Position numbers and translations under genes: made by a program
Assembly: GCA_036517255.1 (NCBI GenBank)
Contig: DATDXE010000006.1
Coordinates: 8,023 to 72,022 of the forward strand
Direction of reading: 5' to 3'
Source: Minisyncoccota bacterium
Lineage (GTDB): Bacteria > Patescibacteriota > Minisyncoccia > Phycocordibacterales > WO2-35-19
DNA: 64,000 bases
Notes under the pieces: model-generated
Seen by the model: only the letters and a program-made list of their open reading frames with translations
What the model was told of the DNA's origin: nothing
Database searches by the model: none
Shown: piece after piece, positions 10,347 through 20,565 of the stretch
Position numbering within the stretch: position 1 is the first letter of the stretch
How the letters are laid out: each line of letters opens with the position of its first letter

Positions 10347-11552
10347 GTGATAAAGCCAAAACCATTACCAGGCAGTCCAGGGGTCTATTTTTTCCTCAAT
10401 AAAAAGGGGGAGATTATGTATATTGGCAAAGCTACTTCACTTCGAAACAGAATAAGGAGCTATTTTGCAGGAGATATTGCTTTGAAGCGGGGGCCGCTCA
10501 TCGAAAAAATGATGTTGCAAAAAATAAGAATTAAATTCCAAGAGACCGACTCTGTTTTAGAAGCCTTAATTCTAGAAGCAGAGCTGATAAAAAAACATAA
10601 CCCTATTTACAACACCAAAGGTAAAGATCAAAGAAGTTGGAACTATGTCGTGATAACGCGGGAGAAATTCCCAAGAGTTTTAATACATAGAGAAAGAGAA
10701 TTGAATTCCCTCCCCTTAATCAAGGGGAGGGTGCAGGGTGGGATATTTGGCCCATTCCCAAACAGCTCAGAATTAAGAGTAGCTTTGAAAATTGTTCGCA
10801 AAATTTTTCCATTTAGAGATAATTGTGTGCCCAATACTAAACCCTGCTTTAATTCCCAAATTGGTCTTTGCCCGGGTGTTTGTACTGGCAGAATTTCCGA
10901 GAAAAAATACAAAATAACTATAAGAAATATCAAACTGTTTTTCCAAGGCAAGAAGAAAGTTTTGCTTAAGATGTTGGAAAAAGAGATGCGAGTCTTGGCA
11001 AAACAAAAAAATTTCGAAGAAGCCAATAAGGTCAAAAAACAAATTTTTGCTCTTCAGCATATAAACGATATTGCTTTAATAAAATCAAAGAAAGAGGGAA
11101 GTAATCTTAGGATAGAGGCTTACGATATTTCTCATACATCGGGCACGAATATTGTAGGAGTAATGACTGTAGTCGAAAACGGGGAAATTAAGAAAAGCGA
11201 TTATCGGATGTTTAAAATAAAAGGTCAGCTCGGGGCAGATGATACCAAAGCTCTTTCCGAAGTATTGACTCGCAGATTCAATCACCCTGAATGGCCAAGT
11301 CCAGATCTGGTTGTTGTTGATGGGGGGCTCGCCCAACTGAACATTACAGAGAGAGTATTAAAAGAAGCAAAAATGGAAAAAAGTAAAGATTTGAAGATAG
11401 TTAGTGTGGTAAAAGATGAAAGACACAAACCCAAAGATATTTTGGGTGATCAGAAATTTGCTTCTAAATACAAAAAAGAAATTCTCCTTGCCAACTCTGA
11501 ATCTCATCGCTTCGCAATTGCTTTCCATCGCAAGAAAAGATTCATCTTCTAG
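10347..11552 (+). CDS. uvrC: UvrC-like excinuclease with GIY-YIG, Cys-rich, UVR and RNaseH-like endonuclease domains but no C-terminal HhH domain
   Basis: GTG start. GIY-YIG domain (GVYFF...IMYIGKA), Cys-rich segment (CFNSQIGLCPGVCTG), a UVR domain and the endonuclease motif AYDISHTSG. Confidence 0.7.
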   Translation: MIKPKPLPGSPGVYFFLNKKGEIMYIGKATSLRNRIRSYFAGDIALKRGPLIEKMMLQKIRIKFQETDSVLEALILEAELIKKHNPIYNTKGKDQRSWNYVVITREKFPRVLIHRERELNSLPLIKGRVQGGIFGPFPNSSELRVALKIVRKIFPFRDNCVPNTKPCFNSQIGLCPGVCTGRISEKKYKITIRNIKLFFQGKKKVLLKMLEKEMRVLAKQKNFEEANKVKKQIFALQHINDIALIKSKKEGSNLRIEAYDISHTSGTNIVGVMTVVENGEIKKSDYRMFKIKGQLGADDTKALSEVLTRRFNHPEWPSPDLVVVDGGLAQLNITERVLKEAKMEKSKDLKIVSVVKDERHKPKDILGDQKFASKYKKEILLANSESHRFAIAFHRKKRFIF

Positions 11553-11553
11553 T

Positions 11554-11562
11554 TGTGGATAA
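11554..11562 (-). promoter_or_regulatory. Perfect DnaA-box 9-mer (TTATCCACA on the minus strand)
   Basis: TGTGGATAA read directly after the uvrC stop codon. Confidence 0.4.
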
Positions 11563-11653
11563 CTTTGACTTGCACCTTAATTAAGGGTACCATTAGAGAT
11601 GGTCCTCTCCTTGTATGGAAGCGAGGAGATGGAGTCTTTTCTTCAAACGAAAT

Positions 11654-11692
11654 TGCCGGGAAGCAAGTCCTAAGCTTCCCGGCCTTTTTTTT
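11654..11692 (+). terminator. Rho-independent terminator
   Basis: GCCGGGAAGC...GCTTCCCGGC stem followed by a T9 tract. Confidence 0.7.
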
Positions 11693-11719
11693 ATGTTTTA
11701 AAAATGTATTATATTAAGA

Positions 11720-13399
11720 ATGACTTCTACTGAAATACGTCAAAAGTTTTTAAAATTCTTCGAGGAAAGGGGGCATAAAATTGTTCCTTCTAGCTCACTT
11801 GTACCGGAAGGAGATTCCTCAGTCCTTTTCACTACAGCAGGCATGCAACAATTTAAGCCGTATTATATTGGCAAGAAAGATCCGGAGGTAGATTTTAATT
11901 CGAAAAATACCACATCGATTCAAAAATGCGTCAGGACTTCAGATATTGAAGAAGTAGGGGATGAGAGGCACCTCACCTTTTTTGAGATGCTAGGGAATTT
12001 CAGTTTTGGTGGCTATTGGAAAAAAGAAGCCATCCAATACGCATACGATTTCGTAACCAAGGAGATGAACTTGAAAATCGATTATGTCACGGTTTTTGAG
12101 GGCGAAGAGGGAGTACCCGCCGATGTAGAGTCCGAGGAGATTTGGAAAAGTATAGATCAGAGTATAGAAGTGAAAAAGTTTGGCAGAGCAGATAACTTCT
12201 GGGGACCTACGGGTGAAGAAGGACCGTGTGGACCAACGACGGAGATTTATGTGGATGGTATAGAGATTTGGAATATTGTATTTAATGAATTCTACCAAGA
12301 TAAGAATAAAAATCTTCGACCTCTTGAAATAAAAGGCATAGACACGGGTATGGGTCTCGAACGCTTGGCTAAAGTAGTGCAAAAAGTACCTACTGTTTTT
12401 GATACTGATCTATTTAAAAAATTAATCGATCTGTTATCTGAGAGATTAGGTGTTAGAAAAAAAAGAATACTTGTAGATCATGCTCGTGCTGTGAGTTTTA
12501 TGATTAGCGATGGTGTGTATCCAGGTAATAAGGGAGCTGAATCTGTATTGCGCCGCATTCTGAGGAGGATTTTAGCTCAATTTGAAGCGGTAGAAATAAA
12601 ACTTGCTTTCGATTTAACAATAGTAAAGTTTCCAGAATTAAAAAGAGATATCATTTGGGAGGTTATTGATAAAGAAAGATCACAATTTATAGTTGCTCTT
12701 AATTTAGGAAAAAAGGAACTCGATAAACTAAACAACATTGATCCAGAGACGGCATTTGGCTTGTTTAATACTTATGGATTACCTCTAGATGTTATACGGG
12801 ATAAATTTCCCCAATTAAATATTCAGGAGTTTGAAAATGAGTTTAAGAAGCACCAAGAGATTTCTAAATCTGGAATGGAGCAGAAATTTAAGGGGGGATT
12901 AGCGGGGCATAGCGAGATGGAGGTGAAGTATCATACTGCCACACATTTGTTGCATCAGGCTTTACGGGATGTGTTAGGAAGCCATGTGGAGCAGAAAGGG
13001 AGCAATATTACTACGGAGAGGTTGAGGTTCGATTTCTCACATTCAGCGAAAATGACAGACGAGGAAAAGAAAAAAGTAGAGGATATTGTGAATGGGAAGA
13101 TAAAGAGCGGTTTGCCTGTAAATAAAATAGTAATGAAAAAAGAAGAAGCGGAAAAAATGGGAGCCTTACACTTTTTTGGCGATAAATATGGGGACGAAGT
13201 TTCTGTTTATTATATTGGCGACTCGCTCGAGTCTGCCTATTCCAAAGAATTTTGCGGTGGACCGCATGCCGTAAACACTAGCGAGCTCGCTAGTGTTGTA
13301 GGTCCTGACGGCAGTAGCCGGAAGGATAGAGTTTTCAAAATCTTCAAAGAAGAAGCCATTTCCCAAGGCATCCGCCGCATCAAAGCAATACTTGAATAG
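11720..13399 (+). CDS. alaS: Alanyl-tRNA synthetase (compact 559-aa form)
   Basis: N-terminal AlaRS catalytic core (FTTAGMQQFKP), editing-site motif HTATHLLHQALR and CGGPH. Confidence 0.8.
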   Translation: MTSTEIRQKFLKFFEERGHKIVPSSSLVPEGDSSVLFTTAGMQQFKPYYIGKKDPEVDFNSKNTTSIQKCVRTSDIEEVGDERHLTFFEMLGNFSFGGYWKKEAIQYAYDFVTKEMNLKIDYVTVFEGEEGVPADVESEEIWKSIDQSIEVKKFGRADNFWGPTGEEGPCGPTTEIYVDGIEIWNIVFNEFYQDKNKNLRPLEIKGIDTGMGLERLAKVVQKVPTVFDTDLFKKLIDLLSERLGVRKKRILVDHARAVSFMISDGVYPGNKGAESVLRRILRRILAQFEAVEIKLAFDLTIVKFPELKRDIIWEVIDKERSQFIVALNLGKKELDKLNNIDPETAFGLFNTYGLPLDVIRDKFPQLNIQEFENEFKKHQEISKSGMEQKFKGGLAGHSEMEVKYHTATHLLHQALRDVLGSHVEQKGSNITTERLRFDFSHSAKMTDEEKKKVEDIVNGKIKSGLPVNKIVMKKEEAEKMGALHFFGDKYGDEVSVYYIGDSLESAYSKEFCGGPHAVNTSELASVVGPDGSSRKDRVFKIFKEEAISQGIRRIKAILE

Positions 13400-13423
13400 T
13401 GTGATATCTGCTATAATTTAGGA

Positions 13424-14542
13424 GTGGCTTTTTTGTCAGGATCTAAAAAAAATAAAAATGGTTTTCATGTAGTCGTGGAAGTACGCGATAGGTCTTTGGA
13501 TTTACATTTACTTGCAATCGAAGGGGACAAATTTTCGGCTTTAAGTGAAGTGTCGATGTCCCACAGGATTGTAGCCGAGGACGGCTTGACCCAAGAGAAA
13601 ATAAAAGAATTTTCTGACATTTTGAACAAAGCTTTCGCAAAGCTCGTAGAAGCCACACGCAAAAAAATAGGTGATACAGATAGAATAAAAATAAAAAGTT
13701 CCCAAGTCGTTATTTTCTACCCCTGGTTTGTTGTGGAAGAAAAAAATAATATACAAATTGGTTCTTCTTCTGTGGCAACCATTCTTTCCCAAAAAAATAT
13801 GGAGGAAGCTTTGAGAAATATTGATACTGGAGGTTTACCCTCTGCACATCCAGTCGCGGCTTATACATACAAGAAAACTATTATAGAGACAGTTGTTAAC
13901 TCCATTACCTTGAATGGCTATATTGTACCTGAGCCGTCTGGTAAAAAATCAAAAAATATTATGATCGGAGCTTCTATATATACTGCCGCGGCGGGGATAC
14001 TTGATATATTGAAGAAAGATGTAAAATTTCATACTGAACTAGAGCCAGAAATAATAACTTTACCCAAATCCCTTGCTTTATATATCAACAAAACTGTAAA
14101 AAATAATCCCGTACTATATATTAACGTGGAAGCTGATAATACGTGTATCACCTCGATAACTCCAGGCTCGTCTCTTGTATACAAATCTAAGTTTGTTGAT
14201 ATAGGTGAAGAAGATATAATAGAAAAGGTTATGGAAGAATCGAATACTACTCGTGATATTGCTCTCTCCTATATACGACTAGTTCATGAGCAGGCACTTA
14301 CTCCTGAAGTTTCAGCACTTGTAAAATCTGCTTTTGATAAAGTTGTAGGTGAGTGGAAGACTTTGGTCATAAAGGCTTGCACGGAGCTGTATACTCAAGG
14401 AGAAAAAAAGTTAGTTTGTCATAATCAAAAAATGGCGGATATCTTTTACGATGCCATTTTTGGAGAAAATCATGAAGTTGCTTTGCTGAAAAATATCGAT
14501 GTGGAAAAGATTGTGTTCAATTCAGCCGTAGGTACGCTATAA
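13424..14542 (+). CDS. Hypothetical protein, possibly a degenerate actin-like (FtsA/PilM-type) fold
   Basis: 372-aa ORF with no clear motifs. Forms a pair with the next bitopic membrane protein. Confidence 0.35.
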   Translation: MAFLSGSKKNKNGFHVVVEVRDRSLDLHLLAIEGDKFSALSEVSMSHRIVAEDGLTQEKIKEFSDILNKAFAKLVEATRKKIGDTDRIKIKSSQVVIFYPWFVVEEKNNIQIGSSSVATILSQKNMEEALRNIDTGGLPSAHPVAAYTYKKTIIETVVNSITLNGYIVPEPSGKKSKNIMIGASIYTAAAGILDILKKDVKFHTELEPEIITLPKSLALYINKTVKNNPVLYINVEADNTCITSITPGSSLVYKSKFVDIGEEDIIEKVMEESNTTRDIALSYIRLVHEQALTPEVSALVKSAFDKVVGEWKTLVIKACTELYTQGEKKLVCHNQKMADIFYDAIFGENHEVALLKNIDVEKIVFNSAVGTL

Positions 14543-14568
14543 TATGTATCAAGTTAAGTTCTAATACT

Positions 14569-15945
14569 ATGCCCAAAAATTTTTTTCAAGATGTGGTGCC
14601 TCCAGAAAGACGAAGTATACGCGATGTCCCCGTCATGGGTGGTGGAGCTAGAAGGCGAGGTAGAGCTGTATTTTTAAATAAAGAAAAAGAGCTCGAACCA
14701 GCAGCTGTCGAAATGCATACTCCAGAAGAATCAGGAGTGAATGTGTCATCACCATCTTCTTTTTTTGTGCCACCAGCATTCCCTAGTAAAGCCAGAAAAG
14801 CAAAGAAGGGTAAAATTGCCATCACGCTAGCTTTCTTCGTTATTGTCGGTTTTATTTTCGGAATGATGACCATTTTTACTTCCGCTAATATATCGATTAC
14901 TCCAAAGTCTGAATCAGTCTCAATTAATCTGGCACTCAAAGCTTACAAAGCTTCTCTTCTGGTCTCGAACTCTACTAATACGCCAGCTCTCCATTACGAA
15001 ATAATATCCCTGAAGCGTGAAGGTGAGACAGAAGTGTCTGCAAATGGAGAGGAAATGGTGGAGAAAAAAGCAGAAGGTAAGATCACTGTATACAATAATT
15101 TTAGTTCTGAATCCCAGCGTCTTATCGCGAGGACTCGATTCGAAACCAAGGATGGATTGGTGTTTAGAATTCCCGAGTCTATCGTGGTTCCTGGTAAAAC
15201 ATCATCTGGTCCTGGTTCTGTTGTTACTTCCTTGGTGGCCGATGAATCTGGTGAGAAATATAATGTAGCAGAGACTAGTTTTACGGTTCCTGGTTTCAAA
15301 AATGACCCAGCTCGTTTCAAAGGTTTTTATGCGGATTCTATAGGAGAAATACAAGGAGGTTTTATTGGTAGAATGAAAAAAGTAGCTCTAACTGATAAGG
15401 TCACTGCTTTGGAAAAACTCGATGCTTCACTAAAGGTAGATCTTCAGAAAGAGATAGAGTCGCAGATCCCAGAAGAGTTTGTTCTCCTCGACGGTATTAT
15501 TGTCTACGTATTTAAAGATTTACCACAAAGTGACTCTACGGGAGATACTGCCATCTTGAGGAGGGAGGTAACTGCCCAGGTGATTATTCTAAATAAACAA
15601 TCCATATCCTCCGCTATAGGTTCTTCTTATCTTTCTTCTTGGGAAGGCCTTGATCTAGAAATCAGAGATTATAAAAACCTAAAAGCTTCTTATTATTCTG
15701 GTTTTACCCCATCGTTAGTTTCTAGCACGGACACATTGCCTCTTAATATAGAGGGCCAGGCTACTGTATATGCCGTTATCCCTGGTGTTACCATTGCTGA
15801 AAATTTAGCAGGCAAAGACAAGGATGAATTAAACACTGTCATGGCCGGTTTTCCTGCGGTCTATAAAGCTTCTGCTTCTGTTCGCCCTATATGGAAAGGG
15901 GCTTTTCCTAAGGATTTGGCCAAGATACATCTAAATGTTGACTAA
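14569..15945 (+). CDS. Hypothetical bitopic membrane protein with a disordered N-terminus, one TM segment and a 340-aa extracytoplasmic domain
   Basis: 458 aa; the TM segment is IAITLAFFVIVGFIFGMMTIF. Confidence 0.4.
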   Translation: MPKNFFQDVVPPERRSIRDVPVMGGGARRRGRAVFLNKEKELEPAAVEMHTPEESGVNVSSPSSFFVPPAFPSKARKAKKGKIAITLAFFVIVGFIFGMMTIFTSANISITPKSESVSINLALKAYKASLLVSNSTNTPALHYEIISLKREGETEVSANGEEMVEKKAEGKITVYNNFSSESQRLIARTRFETKDGLVFRIPESIVVPGKTSSGPGSVVTSLVADESGEKYNVAETSFTVPGFKNDPARFKGFYADSIGEIQGGFIGRMKKVALTDKVTALEKLDASLKVDLQKEIESQIPEEFVLLDGIIVYVFKDLPQSDSTGDTAILRREVTAQVIILNKQSISSAIGSSYLSSWEGLDLEIRDYKNLKASYYSGFTPSLVSSTDTLPLNIEGQATVYAVIPGVTIAENLAGKDKDELNTVMAGFPAVYKASASVRPIWKGAFPKDLAKIHLNVD

Positions 15946-15995
15946 ATTAACCCTCTTTGTTATCATATAAAACTCCTAGATCTTGATTTATATTT

Positions 15996-16208
15996 ATGTC
16001 CCAAAGTCCTGAAATTTCTCTTGGAATAGTGGTAGAAGCTCTTCCAAACACGCTTTTTAAGATAGATCTGGGTCAAGATAAAGAGGAGGTGCTTGCCTAT
16101 CTGTCCGGCAAGATGCGTTTGCATAAAATTAGGGTAATGGTAGGTGATAAGGTTGAACTCGCTCTCGATCCGTATGGGGGCAGAGCAAGGATCATTAAAA
16201 GATTGTAA
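15996..16208 (+). CDS. infA: Translation initiation factor IF-1
   Basis: S1-like 70-aa protein; GIVVEALPNTLFKIDL...IRVMVGDKVELALDPY matches IF-1. Confidence 0.85.
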   Translation: MSQSPEISLGIVVEALPNTLFKIDLGQDKEEVLAYLSGKMRLHKIRVMVGDKVELALDPYGGRARIIKRL

Positions 16209-16232
16209 TTTGGATTAAATAAATTTTAAAGA

Positions 16233-16349
16233 ATGAAGGTAAAGGCTTCAGTAAAAAAGATGTGCGCCAAATGCCAAGTCGTCCGAAGAAAGGGCTTGGT
16301 TTATGTCATCTGTAAGTCGAACCCTCGTCATAAACAACGTCAAGGATAA
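16233..16349 (+). CDS. rpmJ: 50S ribosomal protein L36
   Basis: Translates to [38 protein letters not shown]. Absent from the ORF track because it is under 60 aa. Confidence 0.8.
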   Translation: MKVKASVKKMCAKCQVVRRKGLVYVICKSNPRHKQRQG

Positions 16350-16351
16350 AT

Positions 16352-16732
16352 ATGAGAATACTGGGAATCACAATACCTGAGAATAAAAGATTAGAGATAG
16401 GTCTTACCGCTATCTATGGTATAGGTCGTTCTCGTGCTCAAGAAATCTTGACTGAAGCCAAAGTCGAACATGCCGCCAAACCGAAAGATGTAAATTCTGA
16501 AAAAGAAAATCACTTGAGGAAAATAATCGAAGGCCTTACTGTGGAAGGCGATTTAAAGAGAGAAGTGGCAAATAATGTAAAGCGTCTCAAGGATATAAAA
16601 GCTTATCGAGGCCTTCGGCACTTAAGAACGTTGCCGGTAAGAGGTCAAAGGACTAAGACAAATTCTCGTACTCGCAGGGGCAATGTTCGTAAGACTATGG
16701 GTACCGGTCGTCGTGCAGTTGATAAAAAATAA
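16352..16732 (+). CDS. rpsM: 30S ribosomal protein S13
   Basis: MRILGITIPENKRLEIGLTAIYGIGRSRA. Confidence 0.9.
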   Translation: MRILGITIPENKRLEIGLTAIYGIGRSRAQEILTEAKVEHAAKPKDVNSEKENHLRKIIEGLTVEGDLKREVANNVKRLKDIKAYRGLRHLRTLPVRGQRTKTNSRTRRGNVRKTMGTGRRAVDKK

Positions 16733-16738
16733 TTAAAC

Positions 16739-17173
16739 ATGGGTAAGAAAAGAATTGTAAAAAAAGAAGAGGAAAATAAAGATGGGTCTCCAGAAGGGGA
16801 AAAGGTAATCACTTCAGTCAAGAAGCATTTTGATAGCGGTATTTTGAACGTAGAATCAACATATAATAACACCAAACTAGTCCTAGCCGACAAGAAAGGT
16901 AATGTTTTAGGATTCTCCTCCTCAGGTGCTTTGGGTTTTAAAGGTGCTAAAAAAGGCACTCCTTTTGCTGCTGCAAAGGTCGGGGAAATTTTGGCCGCCA
17001 AAGCTCAAACTCTCGGTATGAAAGAGGTAGCTGTAGTAGTGAAAGGGGTTGGTTCAGGACGAGAGTCAGGTATCCGTGGTTTTATTTCAAAGGGTATAAA
17101 TATTATATCTATAAAAGATTCTACCCCTGTACCTTTCAATGGCCCAAAGCCTAAAAAGCCTCGTCGAGTTTAA
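16739..17173 (+). CDS. rpsK: 30S ribosomal protein S11
   Basis: S11 core with a K-rich N-terminus. Confidence 0.9.
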   Translation: MGKKRIVKKEEENKDGSPEGEKVITSVKKHFDSGILNVESTYNNTKLVLADKKGNVLGFSSSGALGFKGAKKGTPFAAAKVGEILAAKAQTLGMKEVAVVVKGVGSGRESGIRGFISKGINIISIKDSTPVPFNGPKPKKPRRV

Positions 17174-17204
17174 ATAAAAATTGTAAATTTTAAATTAAAA
17201 TTTT

Positions 17205-17807
17205 ATGCGAATAGGTCCAAAATATAAAATAGCTCGTCGACTTGGTGCTCCAATATTTGAGAAAACTCAAACTCAAAAGTTTGCTCTCTCTGAAGAAAAA
17301 AAGTCACGTCGTGGAGGTCGTCCTAAAACTGACTTTGGCTTACAGCTTACCGAAAAGCAGAAGGCTAGATTTTTTTATGGAGTGAGCGAAAAACAATTTA
17401 AAAATTATGTGAAAGAAGCTCTTTCGAAAAAAGGAGTTATCCCCGCCTCAGAACTCCTCTCACTTTTAGAATCACGCTTAGATAATGTTGTTTGGCGTCT
17501 TGGCTTTGCGCCTACCCATGGTGCCGCGAGACAAATGGTTTCTCATGGACACATTACTGTAAATGCCAGGAAGTCTAGAGTGCCTTCTTGTCGAGTGAAT
17601 GTGGACGACGAGATTGGCCTAAGAGAGGGAAGTAAGACCAGTCCTCTGTTCGCCTCTATATTAGAAAAGGGTATAGAGAGGGAATTACTACCATGGCTTT
17701 CTTATGATGATAAAAAGAAGACCGCCACTGTAAAAGGTAAACCTGTGGCACCAGAAAATGCCCTGATGTTCGATTTGGGACAGGTCATTGAATTTTATCA
17801 AAGATAG
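17205..17807 (+). CDS. rpsD: 30S ribosomal protein S4
   Basis: S4 N-terminus and S4 RNA-binding domain. Confidence 0.9.
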   Translation: MRIGPKYKIARRLGAPIFEKTQTQKFALSEEKKSRRGGRPKTDFGLQLTEKQKARFFYGVSEKQFKNYVKEALSKKGVIPASELLSLLESRLDNVVWRLGFAPTHGAARQMVSHGHITVNARKSRVPSCRVNVDDEIGLREGSKTSPLFASILEKGIERELLPWLSYDDKKKTATVKGKPVAPENALMFDLGQVIEFYQR

Positions 17808-17855
17808 TAGTACAATTGTTTTTCCATTTATAATTTTTTAATTTTTAACCATCCC

Positions 17856-18830
17856 ATGACAGACAATACTATAGTACTGCCATCGAAGCCTCGCATTGTC
17901 CTCGAAGAGGGTTTTAAAGGTATATATGAAATAGACGGTCTTCACCCAGGCTATGGCTTCACTTTGGGCAATAGCCTCCGTCGTATAGTTCTTTCATCTC
18001 TTCCAGGAGCAGCGGTAACTTCTATCAAGATAGCCGGTATTGACCATGAATTTCAGAGCATTGCTGGCATAAAGGAGGATGCTGTGACTATAATGCTAAA
18101 TATCAAGAAGTTGCGTCTGCGTATAAACTCGAACGAACCTCAAATTTTGAGCTTAAAAGTGAAAGGGATAAATGAGGTTACTGGCAAAATGATAGATGCT
18201 CCGGGCCAGGTAGAAATATTAAATCCAGATCTTGTTATCGCTACTGTCACCGATAAGAACACGGAGTTAAATATTGATTTTACAGTAGAGCAGGGGCTTG
18301 GCTTCGTCACTCGTGATGCTATTTCTAAATCGCGAGTCGATATCGGCACTATCGCACTGGACGCCAATTTTACTCCCATCAAAAGAGCTAGTTATGAAGT
18401 AGAAAATATGCGTGTTGGGGACAGGACTGATTTTAACAGACTACGCATAACTATCGAGACGGATGGTACTTTTACTCCTCATGAAGCTCTTTCTCGTTCC
18501 ATCGAGATAATGATCAACCAGCTCAAAGCTATTGTAGGTTTTGAAGAAAAGGATTTTGTCGGGCTAGATTTGGAAAACGAAAATAGCAATACCGAAAATT
18601 CTGTTAATAAACCAGCTGAAGAGATGGATTCTGAATTCCTAAAAACTCGTATAGAATCAGTCGATCTTTCCTCGAGGACTTTGAATGCTCTTACTGGTGC
18701 TAATATAAGGACAGTGGGGGGGCTTGCTCGTAAGAAGGAAAAAGACATTCTTGAAATCGAAGGCCTTGGGGCAAAGGGCGTAGCTGAAATAAAAAGAGTA
18801 TTAGGTGAGCACGGTATTACATTGAAATAA
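17856..18830 (+). CDS. rpoA: DNA-directed RNA polymerase alpha subunit
   Basis: Alpha NTD dimerisation region plus an alpha CTD; 324 aa. Confidence 0.9.
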   Translation: MTDNTIVLPSKPRIVLEEGFKGIYEIDGLHPGYGFTLGNSLRRIVLSSLPGAAVTSIKIAGIDHEFQSIAGIKEDAVTIMLNIKKLRLRINSNEPQILSLKVKGINEVTGKMIDAPGQVEILNPDLVIATVTDKNTELNIDFTVEQGLGFVTRDAISKSRVDIGTIALDANFTPIKRASYEVENMRVGDRTDFNRLRITIETDGTFTPHEALSRSIEIMINQLKAIVGFEEKDFVGLDLENENSNTENSVNKPAEEMDSEFLKTRIESVDLSSRTLNALTGANIRTVGGLARKKEKDILEIEGLGAKGVAEIKRVLGEHGITLK

Positions 18831-18833
18831 AGC

Positions 18834-19181
18834 ATGAGACACGGTAATGCAAACAGAAAATTTGGTAGGGTTAGGAAGCAGAGAAAAGCTCTACTCAATT
18901 CCCTTGCGCGCTCTTTAGTTTTGCATGAAAAAATAAAAACTACAGAACCGAAGGCTAAGGAGCTCAGACCTTTTGTCGAGAAATTGGTGACAAGTGGTAA
19001 AAAAGCTACAGTGGCCGCCCACCGTAGCCTGGCTACCGTCATCGGAAGCGCGGCTACCAAAATCCTTGTAAGTAAAATTTCGAAAAAATATGAAGATCGA
19101 AGAGGTGGTTTTACCAGGATTGTAAAATTGGGCAACAGAAAATCTGACGGTAGTCCCATGGCGGTTATAGAATTTGTATAA
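18834..19181 (+). CDS. rplQ: 50S ribosomal protein L17
   Basis: MRHGNANRKFGR... Confidence 0.9.
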   Translation: MRHGNANRKFGRVRKQRKALLNSLARSLVLHEKIKTTEPKAKELRPFVEKLVTSGKKATVAAHRSLATVIGSAATKILVSKISKKYEDRRGGFTRIVKLGNRKSDGSPMAVIEFV

Positions 19182-19186
19182 AAATC

Positions 19187-19531
19187 ATGGAATACATCAT
19201 TGATGCACAAGGAAAAAAAATAGGTAGAGTGGCTTCACAGGCTGCTAAGATCCTAATGGGTAAAACTGCTACTGATTTTGCTCGGAATAAATACCCTGAT
19301 CTTAAGGTAAAGATTACCAATGTTTCTCGAGCTGATGTCACTAATAAAAAAATGATTACTAAGGAATATAAAAATTACTCAGGTTATCCAGGTGGTCTGA
19401 AGGAAACGACTATGAAGAAATTGGTCGCTGATAAGGGAATGAAGGAAGTCTTCAGGAAAGCTGTATATGGTATGCTTCCTATAAATAAACTCCGTCCCCG
19501 TATTATAAAAAATTTAGTTATTGAAAATTAA
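19187..19531 (+). CDS. rplM: 50S ribosomal protein L13
   Basis: L13 N-terminal region; 114 aa. Confidence 0.85.
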   Translation: MEYIIDAQGKKIGRVASQAAKILMGKTATDFARNKYPDLKVKITNVSRADVTNKKMITKEYKNYSGYPGGLKETTMKKLVADKGMKEVFRKAVYGMLPINKLRPRIIKNLVIEN

Positions 19532-19943
19532 AATTATGGTGATCGCGAAAACTACAGATAAATATGTCGAGGGTATAGGTAGGCGCAAGACTTCCGTTGC
19601 TCGTGTGCGTATCACTCCAGCTTCCAAAACAGTTTTTGAAATCAATGAGCGCGATCTTGACAACTATTTTCCTACTGTTGAATTGCGTCATGTCGTCCAC
19701 GATTCTATTACTGCGGCGAAAGCAGGTAATTTTAAAGTGGTAGTTCATATAAAAAGTGGTGGTATTCATTCTCAGGCTGAAGCTCTAAGACAGGGATTGG
19801 CCAAAGCTCTGACTTTGTATGATGAAAATTTACGTAAAAATCTAAAGTCAGTCGGTTTTCTAAAGCGTGATCCTCGTGCCAAAGAGCGACGCAAATTTGG
19901 TTTAAAGAAAGCCCGCAAAGCTCCGCAGTGGAGTAAGAGATAA
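19521..19943 (+). CDS. rpsI: 30S ribosomal protein S9
   Basis: GIGRRKTSVARVRI and the C-terminal RKAPQWSKR. Confidence 0.9.
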   Translation: MKIKIMVIAKTTDKYVEGIGRRKTSVARVRITPASKTVFEINERDLDNYFPTVELRHVVHDSITAAKAGNFKVVVHIKSGGIHSQAEALRQGLAKALTLYDENLRKNLKSVGFLKRDPRAKERRKFGLKKARKAPQWSKR

Positions 19944-19957
19944 TCCCTTCTATATTT

Positions 19958-20497
19958 ATGGATGAGGAAATAATAGAAACAACTGAAGACGGAGAAGCCG
20001 AAGGCCCTACTGATTTAGTAAAAAAACTTCGAGCTAAATTGAAAGAAAGCGAAGAAAAAGCTCAGGAATATTTGACTGGCTGGCAGAAAGAACGAGCTGA
20101 TAGCGTAAATGCAAGGAAACGCTTGGAAGAAGAGAAAAAGGAATTTGCTAAGTTTGCCAATGAAAATTTAATTATGGAGATTCTACCGTCTCTCGATAGT
20201 TTCGATATGGCGATGGCTAATAAGGAAGTATGGGGTAGCTTGCCAAAAGAGTGGACCAAAGGCATCGAGTATATTTATACTCAACTTCTTTCGGCGCTTG
20301 AAGCCCAAGGAATAAAAAGAATTTATCCTCTAGGCGAAAAATTCGATCCTTCTCGTGACGAAGCTATCGTCATGCTTCCTGTTGAAAAAGAAGAAGATGA
20401 TCATAAAATTCTCGAGGTGACTCAACCTGGCTACCTATTCAATAGTCGTATCGTCCGCACTGCTAAAGTGAAAGTAGGGGAATATAAAAGTAACTAA
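19958..20497 (+). CDS. grpE: Nucleotide exchange factor GrpE
   Basis: GrpE coiled-coil and beta domain; sits immediately upstream of dnaK-dnaJ. Confidence 0.85.
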   Translation: MDEEIIETTEDGEAEGPTDLVKKLRAKLKESEEKAQEYLTGWQKERADSVNARKRLEEEKKEFAKFANENLIMEILPSLDSFDMAMANKEVWGSLPKEWTKGIEYIYTQLLSALEAQGIKRIYPLGEKFDPSRDEAIVMLPVEKEEDDHKILEVTQPGYLFNSRIVRTAKVKVGEYKSN

Positions 20498-20514
20498 AAC
20501 ATATAAACGAGAAA

Positions 20515-20542
20515 CGCCGAGAACGACATGGCGTCCTCGGCG
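20515..20542 (-). terminator. Hairpin with a downstream U-tract on the minus strand; also lies 3' of grpE on the plus strand
   Basis: CGCCGAGAACG / CGTCCTCGGCG stem with one mismatch. The minus-strand 3' tail is TTTCTCGTTTATATGTTTT. Confidence 0.5.
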
Positions 20543-20565
20543 GTGTTGGAGAGTTTTGGCCTAGC

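Noticed and set aside
10643-11336. Minus-strand ORFs of 83-130 aa inside uvrC, and similar antisense ORFs inside dnaK, dnaJ, alaS, copA and the multicopper oxidase
   Set aside because: They are antisense to strongly supported genes and have no independent signals.
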